Assembly (NCBI GenBank): GCA_009103225.1
Contig: RHPI01002491.1
Span: 62,001-126,000 of the forward strand
DNA from: Chlorokybus atmophyticus
Taxonomy: Eukaryota > Plantae > Mesostigma and Chlorokybus algae
Length of the DNA stretch: 64,000 bases
Direction of reading: 5' to 3'
The translations under genes were made by a program, and so were the position numbers. Positions within the stretch are counted from its first letter, which is position 1. The number at the start of each line of letters is the position of its first letter. The notes under the pieces are model-generated. The model was given only the letters and a program-made list of their open reading frames with translations. It was not told the DNA's origin and did no database searches. Shown here in pieces: positions 12,067 to 23,255 of the stretch.

Positions 12067-15000
12067 TCACGCCGTTCTTGACGTGGCACTACCACCAATA
12101 CCCCTAGATCTGTTGAGGATTCCGCGGCCAAAGTAGTCGGCGACAACAGAGAACCCGTCATCGGAGTTCTGCAAGTGCTTGAAGAATGAGTCGTGATCGC
12201 CAACGCTGTGCTCCAGAGTACGCTTGAACTCCAGTACGGTGCGGTTCTCCGCAGCGCACTTGGGGCACTCGCGCTCGTTGTCGCCCAAACATCGCTGATG
12301 GTAAGAGTGCATGCACAAGAAGTGAACAGCTGGCAGGTCCAAGGCTGCGCCACACCACGGCGCTTCGCATTTGCTTCTCTGGAAAAGAACTGCTTTTGTC
12401 TTCAGGTCTTGAACCTGAGAGCATGAGAGTGCGGTGAGCGCTTCACAAACAATGAGCCAGTGCTATATTATACAAGTATTGCCTTACTGTTTAGCAAGCA
12501 GTCCAATACCAACCTGAGAGCGCATGCGCTCGGTTTCAGTCTGATACTCATTGATCATTCTTTGATCTTCTTCAATAAGCTTGTTCTGTTCGTGCAACTT
12601 GCGCACGACGTAGTCCTTGACCACAGCGAGCGTGAGCTGTGGGTTCTTGGCAAGGGTCTGCAAGACCACGAGGGGCGGCAGCAACTGGTCTTTCTCTATG
12701 TGGTACAGCACCTCTTTGACCTGCACCGCACAGTCTCTGTCCTTGCTGCCAAAATAAGTAAGAACGTCCACCCAAAGCACAGGGTTCCCTCCTCTGCTGT
12801 CGTCCGCAAGACGCTTACAGGCATCCACCAAGCCAGCGTAGTCCTCCTCTTGCATATAGACAGCCAGAGCCTCTTTGTGAAGCTTCATCCTCTCATACAG
12901 GTACAACACACCATCCTTGAACGCGTGCATCTGGCAGATAAAGGTGATGCTAAGTAATAGATAATGCTTACGCAGCGCCTGATTGCGTAAGAGACAATAG
13001 GGCAAAAGCATGTACCTGGCACAGCATGAGAGCATGATCCGTGTCGTACACTGGAGGCTCGTTGTAAGACCAGCCGTCTTTCAACAGCTGCATGGCCTTT
13101 TTCCTTCTGTCCAAGTCCAGTGCAGACAGCGACTTCTGCGCGTGCTCAACCTGGCCACTTGGTTTCTGGCTTGCTGAGCTCGATGGGTCCTCCTGCTTGC
13201 TGCTAAGGTACAGCTCCAGCAATGTGTTGTACAACGCGCCATCAACCTTCTGACCCTGAACGTGAATAAGTACAACAATGACAACCCAACATGCTCAATC
13301 ACACAGCCACACAAGTTGCTCAAAGCAAAGGCCGCTACCTTAGAGGCCTCTAGGTGCTGCTCAAGGAACGCCATCAGGGCGTGCGGCTGATCCACGAACA
13401 TGTCAACAAACTGCATCGGGGACGCGCCCTTGCGCACATGCTGTCCGGTGTTGTTGGGGGCAGATGTCGACTCTGTGCTGGGTTTGCACAGCTTCTGGAG
13501 CACAGCCATTGTTGCGTCAGGGAGGTTTGTGACAAGGGTTTTGCCATACTTCTGCAAAGCCTTTTCCGCCTGCGAGTGAGCAACACATCACCAAACAGTG
13601 TCAAGGTATGCAAATCGTATCCGGCGTCACAACGAAGACAGTGCAAGACACTGCCGGCCCATACCTCAAACAATGGCAGCTCAGAGATGTACTTGAGGGC
13701 GTCATCGTATCTTTGCACATCCTCAACCAGAATGCTCAAGTGCGCACCATGCTCTCCAGCGTTACGCGCCACGTAAAGTGCGTGTTCAAAGTATCCAGCG
13801 GCCCGGCAGACACGCACTGCTGTGTCAGCATCAAAGCTGCCTCACACAAAGATGCCAGATGTTGATACTTATACACATGCTTGTCCAGCAACATAAGTAG
13901 ACACGTCAATGACTAAGCATCAGGCTCAAACTTGGTGCGTCCATACCTGTACACACCGCTGTTGGTGTCTGGTTCCGCCAGGAGGAATGCGTCCAGCTTT
14001 GCGACGTCCTTCAACTTGGTGTAGCAATTGAGCAAAAGAGTGGTGTGGTCCGCCGTTGCGAGGCCCCTCTCGTGCAGTCTTTCAAGGTACAAGGTCAGGT
14101 TGTGAATGCGTTGCGCATCCAGAAACTTGCGAATGACATACGATGGCTCCAGCCACCCAATCGTCCGTAAGTACTGGGCCATTGCGCCATCATAGTCCTG
14201 CATGTTGACATGAAGTGTCACTGGCTACCCTTACCGATTGAATCTCATGCTGGCTTAGAATGCACCACTGCTTGCCTGTTTCTCATATAAGTGATCACCA
14301 TACTTGTGCAACACCCCAGCTGTTGCAGCCATGTCGCCACCCTGCTGACTTTGTGTCAGATTGATCGCGACAGGATACAAGTTTTTCTTGTAAAGCATGT
14401 TGAGTTTCGTCTGAAGGTCCTTCTCCATGAGCGAGAACACTTGCTTGTCTTCCGTGATGACAATAATGGCGCCCCACTCGCACAGTAGATGGCGTATGTC
14501 CCCAAACTGTCCACTATATGCAATTAACTTGTTCTTCAAGTCGTAGCTGGCACACAACACACGTGCGATTAACTCATTTGCAAACGCACGTGCAATAGGC
14601 ATAAGCAGCTTGCCTGGACTTACATGTTCAGTGTGCAGCGCGCGCGGTTGTTGTTAGCAGTGGTGACTGTCAACAAGTGGCCTCTAAACCTGTGCATGTG
14701 AGCACACGTCAACACATGACACTAACAATGGCTTACACGATGAGCTGTGCTGCACTTCCAAAAACGCATGACACCGAAGCTTTGCTCACCAGGCCATCAG
14801 CACCTTGTGTCCCTCAAATACAAAGCAAGGCCCGCGGTCGTCAACCTCAAAGAAATAAACGGCCTCATCACGACCAACAACCAACTCCTAAGCCGATTGA
14901 TCATGTGAGCAGGCAGCAGTGACAAACATGCGAGATCTTGTACCAAGCACTCAATCGCACATACCTGTGCTTCACTCACGACAGCACAGTGGCGTTGAGC

Positions 15001-16267
15001 GCCTGCTTCGTCCAGCACACGCTGCACACACATACCAGCCATGTTTAAACAAGGACAACAAACACTGTATAGGTTGTTACCGTCACAGTTTGTTCACCTT
15101 TGTTGAGTTGGCATTGTGCATTGCAAACACCACTGTCTGTGACAAAGTGGTGGCGAACAGGTGCACAGAGCCTGATTCAAAGCGGAAGGCAAGATTCGTC
15201 ACTGCCATTTCAGTAGCATCATCTGTTTCAGCTGCCGGCACGGTCAAATGGCTTCGCACAACACGCTCTCGCACGAAGTCCCCCCGAATCACATAAACCG
15301 CACCAGATCGCAGTCCCAAAGCAACACTCAAGTTTGGGAATGCCTCTTCGTAGATTGAGCAGCATGTCACCTGCGCAGCGCGAAGCAAAGCAAATTAAGC
15401 ATAGCGCAGACAGCGATGTACATTGTGATGTTGGTGCTTGCCATGGCCTCACTCACCTTGGAAACAGGAAACTTGCCGGAAAAGAGCGTCACTGTGCGCA
15501 TGCATGAGGGGGCAGTCTTCGGTTGGGCAGGATCGCGAGGCACTTTCTCAAAGTCCCACAGCTTTATGCATGTTGAAGCAGCTGCACCGGCAGCAGGCTC
15601 ATCCTCCCCAACAGTGACCAGAATGTTTTTTGCCTAACACAATGCCCCAGGTTAGACTCTGGACGCTCTAAGTATTAGTATGCATGAAACAGTAGCTTGT
15701 CCATCGCCGTGCCTTCAGTTGCTGAACATGCAGCACATTCGTGCCATGTGCAGGATAGGAAGCAATCAGCCGGAAATTGCGGTCGGCGACGTGCACTCCA
15801 CCGTCCGATGTACCCACTGCCAGCTGGCCCCGCCCACTCGTGCTGCATGTCACGTCTGATTGCTGAAGCTCAGCAGGCAACTCCTGAACCTGCCAAGATC
15901 CACGTTAACAAACACTGGACTTGCCCTACAAGCACCGTTGATGCGGACTTGTTGGCTCCCTTCAGTCACAACACAGTTTCGCTTGCTGAAAGCATTCAAG
16001 CAACAGGCAGCATTCGCTTTCCTCCGGCATGCCTAGATGCTTTCTGCAAGCGAACTATTGTTGAATTGCTTGGCAAACATAGCTGTCTGACATGGGGCGA
16101 CTGACTGGCATGGCATTGCGTAGCTGCCGCTGCTGTGCCATCAAGTCAGGCGTTTGAAAGCAGCACGTTTAAGTTGAAAAGTGACAACCTACAGCAGCTT
16201 TACCAACTAGTTGTGCGCCCCTCACCTGCGTGCGGTCAAAGAACTGGAAGGTGCGCCACTTGTACAT
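12067..16267 (-). CDS. VPS11: Vacuolar protein sorting 11 (HOPS/CORVET class C core subunit)
   Basis: Starts MYKWRTFQFFD (16267). Contains ILVTVGEDE, YDLKNKLIA, KYGDHLYEKQDYDGAMAQYLRTIGWLEPSYVIRKFLDAQRIHNLTLYLE, clathrin-repeat-like helices, and a C-terminal RING (CGAALDLPAVHFLCMHSYHQRCLGDNERECPKC). About 15 exons. Confidence 0.97.
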
Positions 16268-16523
16268 CTCTCCTTTCACGCAACCCTCTCCGCCTCTATC
16301 TCCTCAAACTCCTGCCCATGCAATCAAGTGTACCCCGCAACGTGCCGCCGCTGCCCACGCCAACGATGGCAGCAATGTCCCCCTAGGGTGCCGCCTGACC
16401 TGGATACCGTCATACTTTACGGGCTTACTATAAGCATGGTCTCTCTGCCTTGTAACAAGCTTAACATGAATGTGTTGTACATAACAAGGAGAGTGGACAC
16501 CAAGCGGTGGCATACGTGGCGCA

Positions 16524-18145
16524 ATGGCCTCCGCTATGCCGGCAGCGGCGGTAGTCGCCTTCTCCCCCGTGTGGAGGAGGCCGTCGTCGGTGGTGTGCGG
16601 CAGGTTGGTTACAGGGAGGGTTTTCCCTCAGTCAGGCACGTCAGTCCCAGCCGGAAAGTGCGTTCTTGGCGCTCGCGGGCTGGCCTGGAAGCCTGCTGTG
16701 AGCGGGTCACAGCGGTCCAGCATGGGCCAGAGGCAGTCAGCCATGGCGGGGTTGTCCACTGCAGTATCATACGAAGAAGAGATTGCACAGGTGTGTATGT
16801 GTATCTGATGTGGTTTCAAACTTGTCCTTGTTAGTGCACGAAAGTGTTTGCACAGAACTGCTGCACATGCACGCGCTTTGTGCATGCACAGAGACGTGTC
16901 ATGTGTACAGGTGATGCCTGACTTGGCAAACGTCTCCGTTTACCGGCCTGATGGATCGACAGTTCGTGTTGGAGAGCTTTGGGACCAGCAGAAGGTGATT
17001 GCTAGTATACATCAACTCAACCTTTGCCAGCCTCTTGCATGTTGCAGTGTAGCATGCAGCGTCAGCTGACAGTCATGCATGTACTCTTTGTGCAGGAAAA
17101 AGTGGTGTTTGCACCTTTGCGCCATTTTGGATGACGTAAGCAGCTGGCCGCAGTGGTCGAAATAAAGTAGCATGTGCTCGGTGTCGTGGTTATGCTCATT
17201 TGTGCGTCTGTCCTTCCAGCCTTCTGCTGGGAGCTGGCATCATCTCTTCTGAAGGTCAAGCCTTTGTTGGATGACGCCGGCGTCAAGCTGGTGGTTCTGA
17301 GCGTGGGCAAGCCAGAATCTGCCGTCACATTCTGCGAGCGGGTATGCGCTTCTTTATCTCTGCATACTCCTTCTGCACTGCACTGAGTGTCTGAGTGGCC
17401 TGCTTGAAGCGAGACTGGCATGGTTGTACTTCGAAGCATTGCAGAGCATCAGACTTCCCAGTCATAGCTGCAGTGTGCGATGTGTAAATGGCACTGGTTG
17501 GCTCAGGTCTGAAGCTAACAGTCCTTCTGGTAGGTACCATTCCCTACGGAGCACCTCTATGCAGACCCCGACAAGAGTGTGTATGATACGCTGAAGTTGT
17601 ATCGCTCACTAGGTCGGACGTTTGCAAACCCAGCAACGGTATGTCCCACACTTTGCGCGGCATGCATCTGGTTTAGTAGCAGCTGTTGCCTCTCGTCTGA
17701 GTGTTTGGCTGACATTTGTTACCTGCCAGCCAAAAGCGCTGCTGCAACGCGGTTTGAAGGCTGTTAGCGAAGCAGCAAAGAACTACACTTTGATCATGCC
17801 TGCGCAAAGAGATGACGCTTTCCAGCAGGTAACTTTCGCATGTGTGTGCTAAACAAAAAGGCATGTTGTACATGCTTGGACAAGCAGATCGAGCAGAGGG
17901 AAGCTAGCACAAAGCACGTATTGACTGCCTCGTCACTTTCTGCTGTACGCGTCGGCTGTGATTTACATATGGTGCGGCATTGTGATCCTGACGTTTGTGT
18001 CTGGCAGGGAGGCATGTTTATCTTTGAGGGGCAGAAAGTTCTCTTTGCGCACCGTGACGAAGGCACTGCAGACCATGCAAAGATGAAGGACATCCTGACA
18101 TACTGCTGCGGTGCCGAAACATACTCAAGGTCCCCTGTAAAGTAG
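16524..18145 (+). CDS. SELENOU: Selenoprotein U / PRXL2A-AAED1-like peroxiredoxin-fold protein with probable chloroplast transit peptide; Sec codon at 17132-17134
   Basis: Exons join as EKVVFAPLRHFG-TGA-C|CC TTC TGC TGG GAG CTG GCA = RHFG-U-PFCWELA. Later exons give HLYADPD...QQGGMFIF...FAHRDEGTADHA (AhpC-TSA_2 family). The N-terminus is Ser/Ala/Arg-rich and poor in acidic residues. Confidence 0.93.
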
Positions 18146-18211
18146 AAGTAGTAGTTGTAATTGCTTGTTGGTGCTGTGAGTCGGGCCAAGTTTGTCTCTC
18201 AGCATGACATC

Positions 18212-18277
18212 ATCAGCGCCTCCGTGACGCAGCTGTTGCCAAAGCTAGAAGTGCAGCAGCTGCCGAGCAAGGACCTG
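18212..18277 (+). promoter_or_regulatory. Eukaryotic SECIS element (type II-like) in the SELENOU 3'UTR
   Basis: G-UGAC (18224-18228), 11-bp helix GCAGCUGUUGC/GCAGCAGCUGC (18229-18239 / 18253-18263), apical loop CAAAGCUAGAAGU, then CGAG (18264-18267). It lies about 80 nt after the stop. Confidence 0.9.
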
Positions 18278-19780
18278 CCCAGTCCTGCGCTTGATGTTGT
18301 GTTGGTGACAGTTGGCTCCGTTGTAGCTGGCACAGATTGGCATAGTCATGACATTGGCGGTATTAGCGCTGTCAAGAATGACTGCCTTATGTTTAAGGGG
18401 TTGTCCGCAGACATTTGTCCAGTGATCAAGCGTGTTGAACCTTTCGCAGCAAAGCTCACATCATCAGCTTTACTGCAATCGATTATAGCAATGGTTTACA
18501 TCCAGACTCAATGTGATGCATGCACCCCTATTGACTGTATTCACATGCAGGGCACTGTTTGCCTCAGGCAATGCGAGGTAAGTGTTGAGATGGGATGCCT
18601 GCCTGCCTTCGGTTATGGTGAGAAAATATTATGTTGGTCCGTCATTCTCCATGATGCGTCAGTCGGGAGAGCACTTGCTGAAGGTAAATGACACAGTGTG
18701 CAGTACCCATACAAAGGCAGTGTGCAATACACGTGCTGTTGTTTGTGTTGTGTACTCGGTTGCTGCATGCTTCCTTCACAATTTCTCATATTGGTCTTGT
18801 CGCCTGTGGCTTGTTAATGACTTGGCCTGTGCTTGTGTGATTGCGGACTGCTTGGTTTGCACATGCAGGCATTTCGCATTCGTCAGCTTGACACAATGTG
18901 TTTGCATATGTGGGCAAGGTAATTCACACACCACTAGCTATGCGGCCCAGTCTTCAGGTTCCGTTGCCTGGAGCTCTTTCAAAACGCGCTGCAATGTGTG
19001 TTGTCTGCATGGGTTGCATGCTGAAGTGTACCTGTATGCCAGCGCGCCTGCATCATGCAAGTTACTCAAAGCCAAAAGTACAAATTCAGTAACGCAGGAG
19101 TGTTCTACAATGCAAAGCACCAGCTACCATCCTGCGTGCGCGTAATGCAAGGTCAACGTGTCCTACAGTGTGGTCGCTAGCCGCCAATCCCCCAGCAGCA
19201 GTGTGACCATGACGGTCTGTGCCACAGGTCTAAGCACGGTCTGAGCACGGCCCAGCAGCTGTGTCGTATAAGCAGTGATAGGCGGCGGCGGCGGCGGTGG
19301 TGAATTGGCTGCTGCGCTACCCTTTCACAAACAGGCCAAGAACCTGGCAACCCTGGTCTTCACCTTTAGCGCCCGTGCGGCTGTTCTCAGGTTCGGGCAG
19401 AGCTCAGCGCTGTGCAACCTTTGAAGTTGCGAGCAAAGCTTGTGGCGTCTGTCTGTCTGTCTGTCTGTGTGTCTGTGTGTCTGGCTTGGCTTGGAACCAG
19501 ACAAAGTTGGATGCGCATGGGTGGAAATCGTTGCGTTGCCTGGCGTCATGCGTTCCTCGAATTGCTGTGTTGTGTTATATTGTGCTTACATTGTGTGGCA
19601 TCATGCATACTCCGGCTTTATGCCACGCACACAAGGCTTGGCATTGCGCAGCTTGTTGCTTACCAACTGAAAGCATGCAGCTAAGCCTTCAGTTAGTTGT
19701 GTATGCTGTCAGGTATGCTTGCTCGCCGTTAATCGGTTTTACGCTCACTGTTCTCTCGCTTCGCTGCACGGCATGCAGGA

Positions 19781-21501
19781 ATGCGGTTGGTGTCCTACAA
19801 CGTCGCTTCCTGGCCGCCTCTCAGCAAGGAACTGTGCTTCCGTTTTGGCTCGCTGGACGGCTTTTTCGAGGACTATTTGCAGGCCGACATTGTCTGCCTC
19901 CAGGTGACCAGCACTGAACGGTGTTCAAGTGTTTTGTGTGACAACCCCAATCAATGTATGCACAACACCACACCATGCCATACGCACAACAGCACCATCT
20001 CAAGCAGCCAGTTCACGTTGATAGGAGGTGAAGCTGCAGGAGGAAAACTTGGATCGGGCGCTGGCGTGTGTGCCAGGTTACGAGTCCTTTTGGGCCTTCA
20101 GTCAAGTAAAGCGCGGGTACAGTGGTGCGGTTTTGCTGCTGCTGTTGCATGCATGTGTCTGCAATGTGCAATCTGCTCTCTTTGCAACAAAGATTGCTTG
20201 CTTGGCGACTCACATGCCTTCGCTTGTTCAGGTGTCACAACGTATGTGAAGGACAAGTACTCACCGGTTGACGCTCGCGTGGATTGTTTGGACTCCGAGG
20301 ATGAAGAGTTACAGAATGAGGGCCGCTTGGTGCTCACCGACCATGGCACCTTTGTTCTCATCAATTGCTACGTGCCAAATGCTGGTCCAGCGCCCACCAG
20401 GCCACGACTGCGACAGAAGACTGCTTTCCTTCGTGCTTTGCATGAGATGGGTGAGTTATCTGATACAAGATGGATAGCCTTGAAGCCTGTATCAAGTGTT
20501 GCTCTGTGTAGCTTTGCGCTTGGAAGGTGAAGGGCGCAATATCGTGATTGCCGGCGACCTCAATGTTGCGCATCGACAAGTAGACCTGCACCCAGGTTTC
20601 CACTTGGAAGCCATATATTGCGAAGGTAGTATTCGGCATGCGCCCAGTTGTCAGTGAGTGTAACTGAGTCCATTTGGGTTGAACCTGCTTGTGCCATTGT
20701 GCAGAGGAGCTGCAGGCGATGAACATGCTATGCACAGACTTTGTGGACTGCTTTCGGCGGTTTCATCCTGACAAGGTTGATGCGTACACCGTTTGGGACC
20801 AGCGCAAGAATTACCGTCTTAGCAATCGAGGGCTCAGGTAGGAGCTGTGCGTCGCATCATGTTCATGTGCTCGCATGCTCACGCCATGGTCATGCAGGCT
20901 GGATTATTTTCTGTGTAGCAAGAATCTGGTGGAGAACGTCACTGCCTGTGACATCATGGACACATCGGCAAGGTGGAGCGACCATGTTGCCATCACGCTG
21001 GATTTGCGGCCGCAGCAGGCACCTCCACCGCACTCACCGGCGGCCTTGTCATCGAGGCGGATGAAGCGGTTTCAGGCGACCTCAGCACAGCAATGCATCG
21101 CCGCCATGTTCGGTGGCGCTGCGCGCAAAGGCTCGCCAACAACAGGGCGCAAGAAACGCCCTGCCGATGCGGGTAATGGTGAGGACACCTTGGAACCCAC
21201 CGCGGCCTCTGAGATGATGAAGAGGCCGAAGACTGAGAGCGACGTGGCATGCGATGGCAAGGAGCAGTCTGCGCACATTGCATCCTCTGATGTACGCTCT
21301 CATGAGCAGCAGGAGGTAGATAAGGAAGTTCTCAAAGCTGAGGAGAGTTTTCTGGAAGCAGCAAGCGCCGACAACCAAGGTGCGCTTGAAACAAGCCCTG
21401 CACCTGCGCACACCTCAGGCCCCGGTAGCAAGCAATACAAGTCCGCCAGTAAGCAGCTGAATCTGCAGGCGTTCTTCAAGTCTGTTGATAAGGGTGCTTG
21501 A
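19781..21501 (+). CDS. APE2: ExoIII-family AP endonuclease, APE2-like (6 exons)
   Basis: Motifs MRLVSYNV, ADIVCLQEVKL, GYSGV, EGR, NCYVPN, IAGDLNVAH, YTVWDQRKNYRLSNRGLRLDYFL and WSDHVAI. C-terminal PIP-box-like QLNLQAFF. Confidence 0.88.
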
Positions 21502-23255
21502 CAATCTGGTCTCTGATTTGTGAGTTGATACCGTCACAACCATCACTCATAAGTCGTGCTTGCAGTTGTCTGTATGCGTGGCAACTAATTCTTCCGGGCG
21601 GCTGCCACTGCCTTTGTAAACTGTTGTACAAAAGGGGTATGCCACAAACCCCACATGCATGGTGTGCTGGCGATCACGCTGACATGCTCGCAATACTCAT
21701 CATATCACTCACCACCGGGCTAGCACCAAGTCTACTTTCTACACTACCCCTATCAGCCTGCCTGTGTTTGGCAGCGGCTGCATATGCTGGCAATACTGTA
21801 ACACTCAAGTCCGGAGTTATGCGTGATACAAGTGCCCATACACAGTCCTGTGCGGACCACATGTATTCTGGAACCGAACAGCACATGCAGCGTAGGTATT
21901 ACTCATGTGTCTCGCAGCCAATTTGGGGACTTGCTACACTGTACACAAGGACGGTGCCATGTGGCACAAGGAACGTGGGATGCGACACATAAGACCACAG
22001 GATAGTGGGAATGCAATGTGCACGCACATGCATGGGGAGCAGGCTGGTGGTAGTACAGCTCGCCCATGCTGCGGCAACGATACGCCAACCTCAACACCCA
22101 ACCAAGCTGGCTACACCCAACCGGCGCATGCAACACCTGCTGCGGGAGCAACACGCGCAGACCAGCGCCGAAAGGGCAGGGCAGAGAGGCGGGGCAGAGG
22201 GGCCCTCAGCAAGGGTTACAGCATGAATCTGAGCACTTGAGGGGCCAGGTAGCAAGTAGTAGGGGCCAGGTGGTGTGCAATGCAGTGCTCTCTAGTACAC
22301 ACCCATGCACATGCCACGCTGAGCGGGAAGGGCGGGATTGAGGCTGTGGATGAAGGAGCACGGGAGAGTGGGAGAGGGAGTCCATCTGCTACTGCTGATA
22401 CCTTTTGCTGCTGAAGAATCGGAAGACTAACTGACTGCGCACGCGTGCAGGTAATGGACAAACACGCATGCATGTATGTCGAACGGGGGTTTGAGGCAGT
22501 AGTGGGAGTAGCTAAGTTGTATAGATAAACCCCGGTGGTGCCTAAACTGCATGATGGCGAGCATTATGCGCAATGCATGTATCGTGCATGTTACATGCAT
22601 CACTTGCATTTTCTGTACACATAGAGCATACCATACCGAGACACAATAGGGCAAGACTGCAGGTGGTCCGTCAGCAACACAGTAATAATAGTTTCCATCA
22701 CATCACAAACAAGTGAGGGGCGAATGTGCACACTTTCGCGCACAATAGCATTCGATTTTGTGTGCACTTGCGCACGTGCTATACATCCATGAGCATACAC
22801 TAGCATGCACAAAGCAACACCAGGCATGCACACAATGTTACCTACCCTTCACGATAACAAGCGCGAGTGAAAGCTCCCTTGCTTGTTAACAATCGATTTA
22901 GCCACAGGCATACAGGTTCAGCATAAAAACCGGAGTTACTAAGTACAGCACCTCTCAGTAAGTCGAGTCCCCTTTGTCCATGCAGTGTTCACATGGCAAT
23001 GACAAATGCCTATCCCATCATGACTACATACAATGCATGGCACTTTGCATAGTCAAGCCAACGCACACCAGCGACGTAAATAGAAAAGAAATGCAGGCTA
23101 CAAAGCCTAGCTCATAAATTTTTCTGCAACGGAACTAAGCAAGCAACAGCACAGAGATGTGCACAGTACTAAGTCTCTGGCGTAAACTAAGAAAGCAACT
23201 AAGTTACAATCAGTGCTAAACAAACTACAGCGGCGCTTGAAGGAATTTACACTGG

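Noticed and set aside
17132-17134. TGA as a premature stop (pseudogene)
   Set aside because: It sits exactly at the catalytic Cys position, the downstream exons are intact, and a well-formed SECIS is present.
21900-22480. Small minus-strand gene between APE2 and the bacterial-type gene
   Set aside because: Short ORFs with no consistent splice model or motif.
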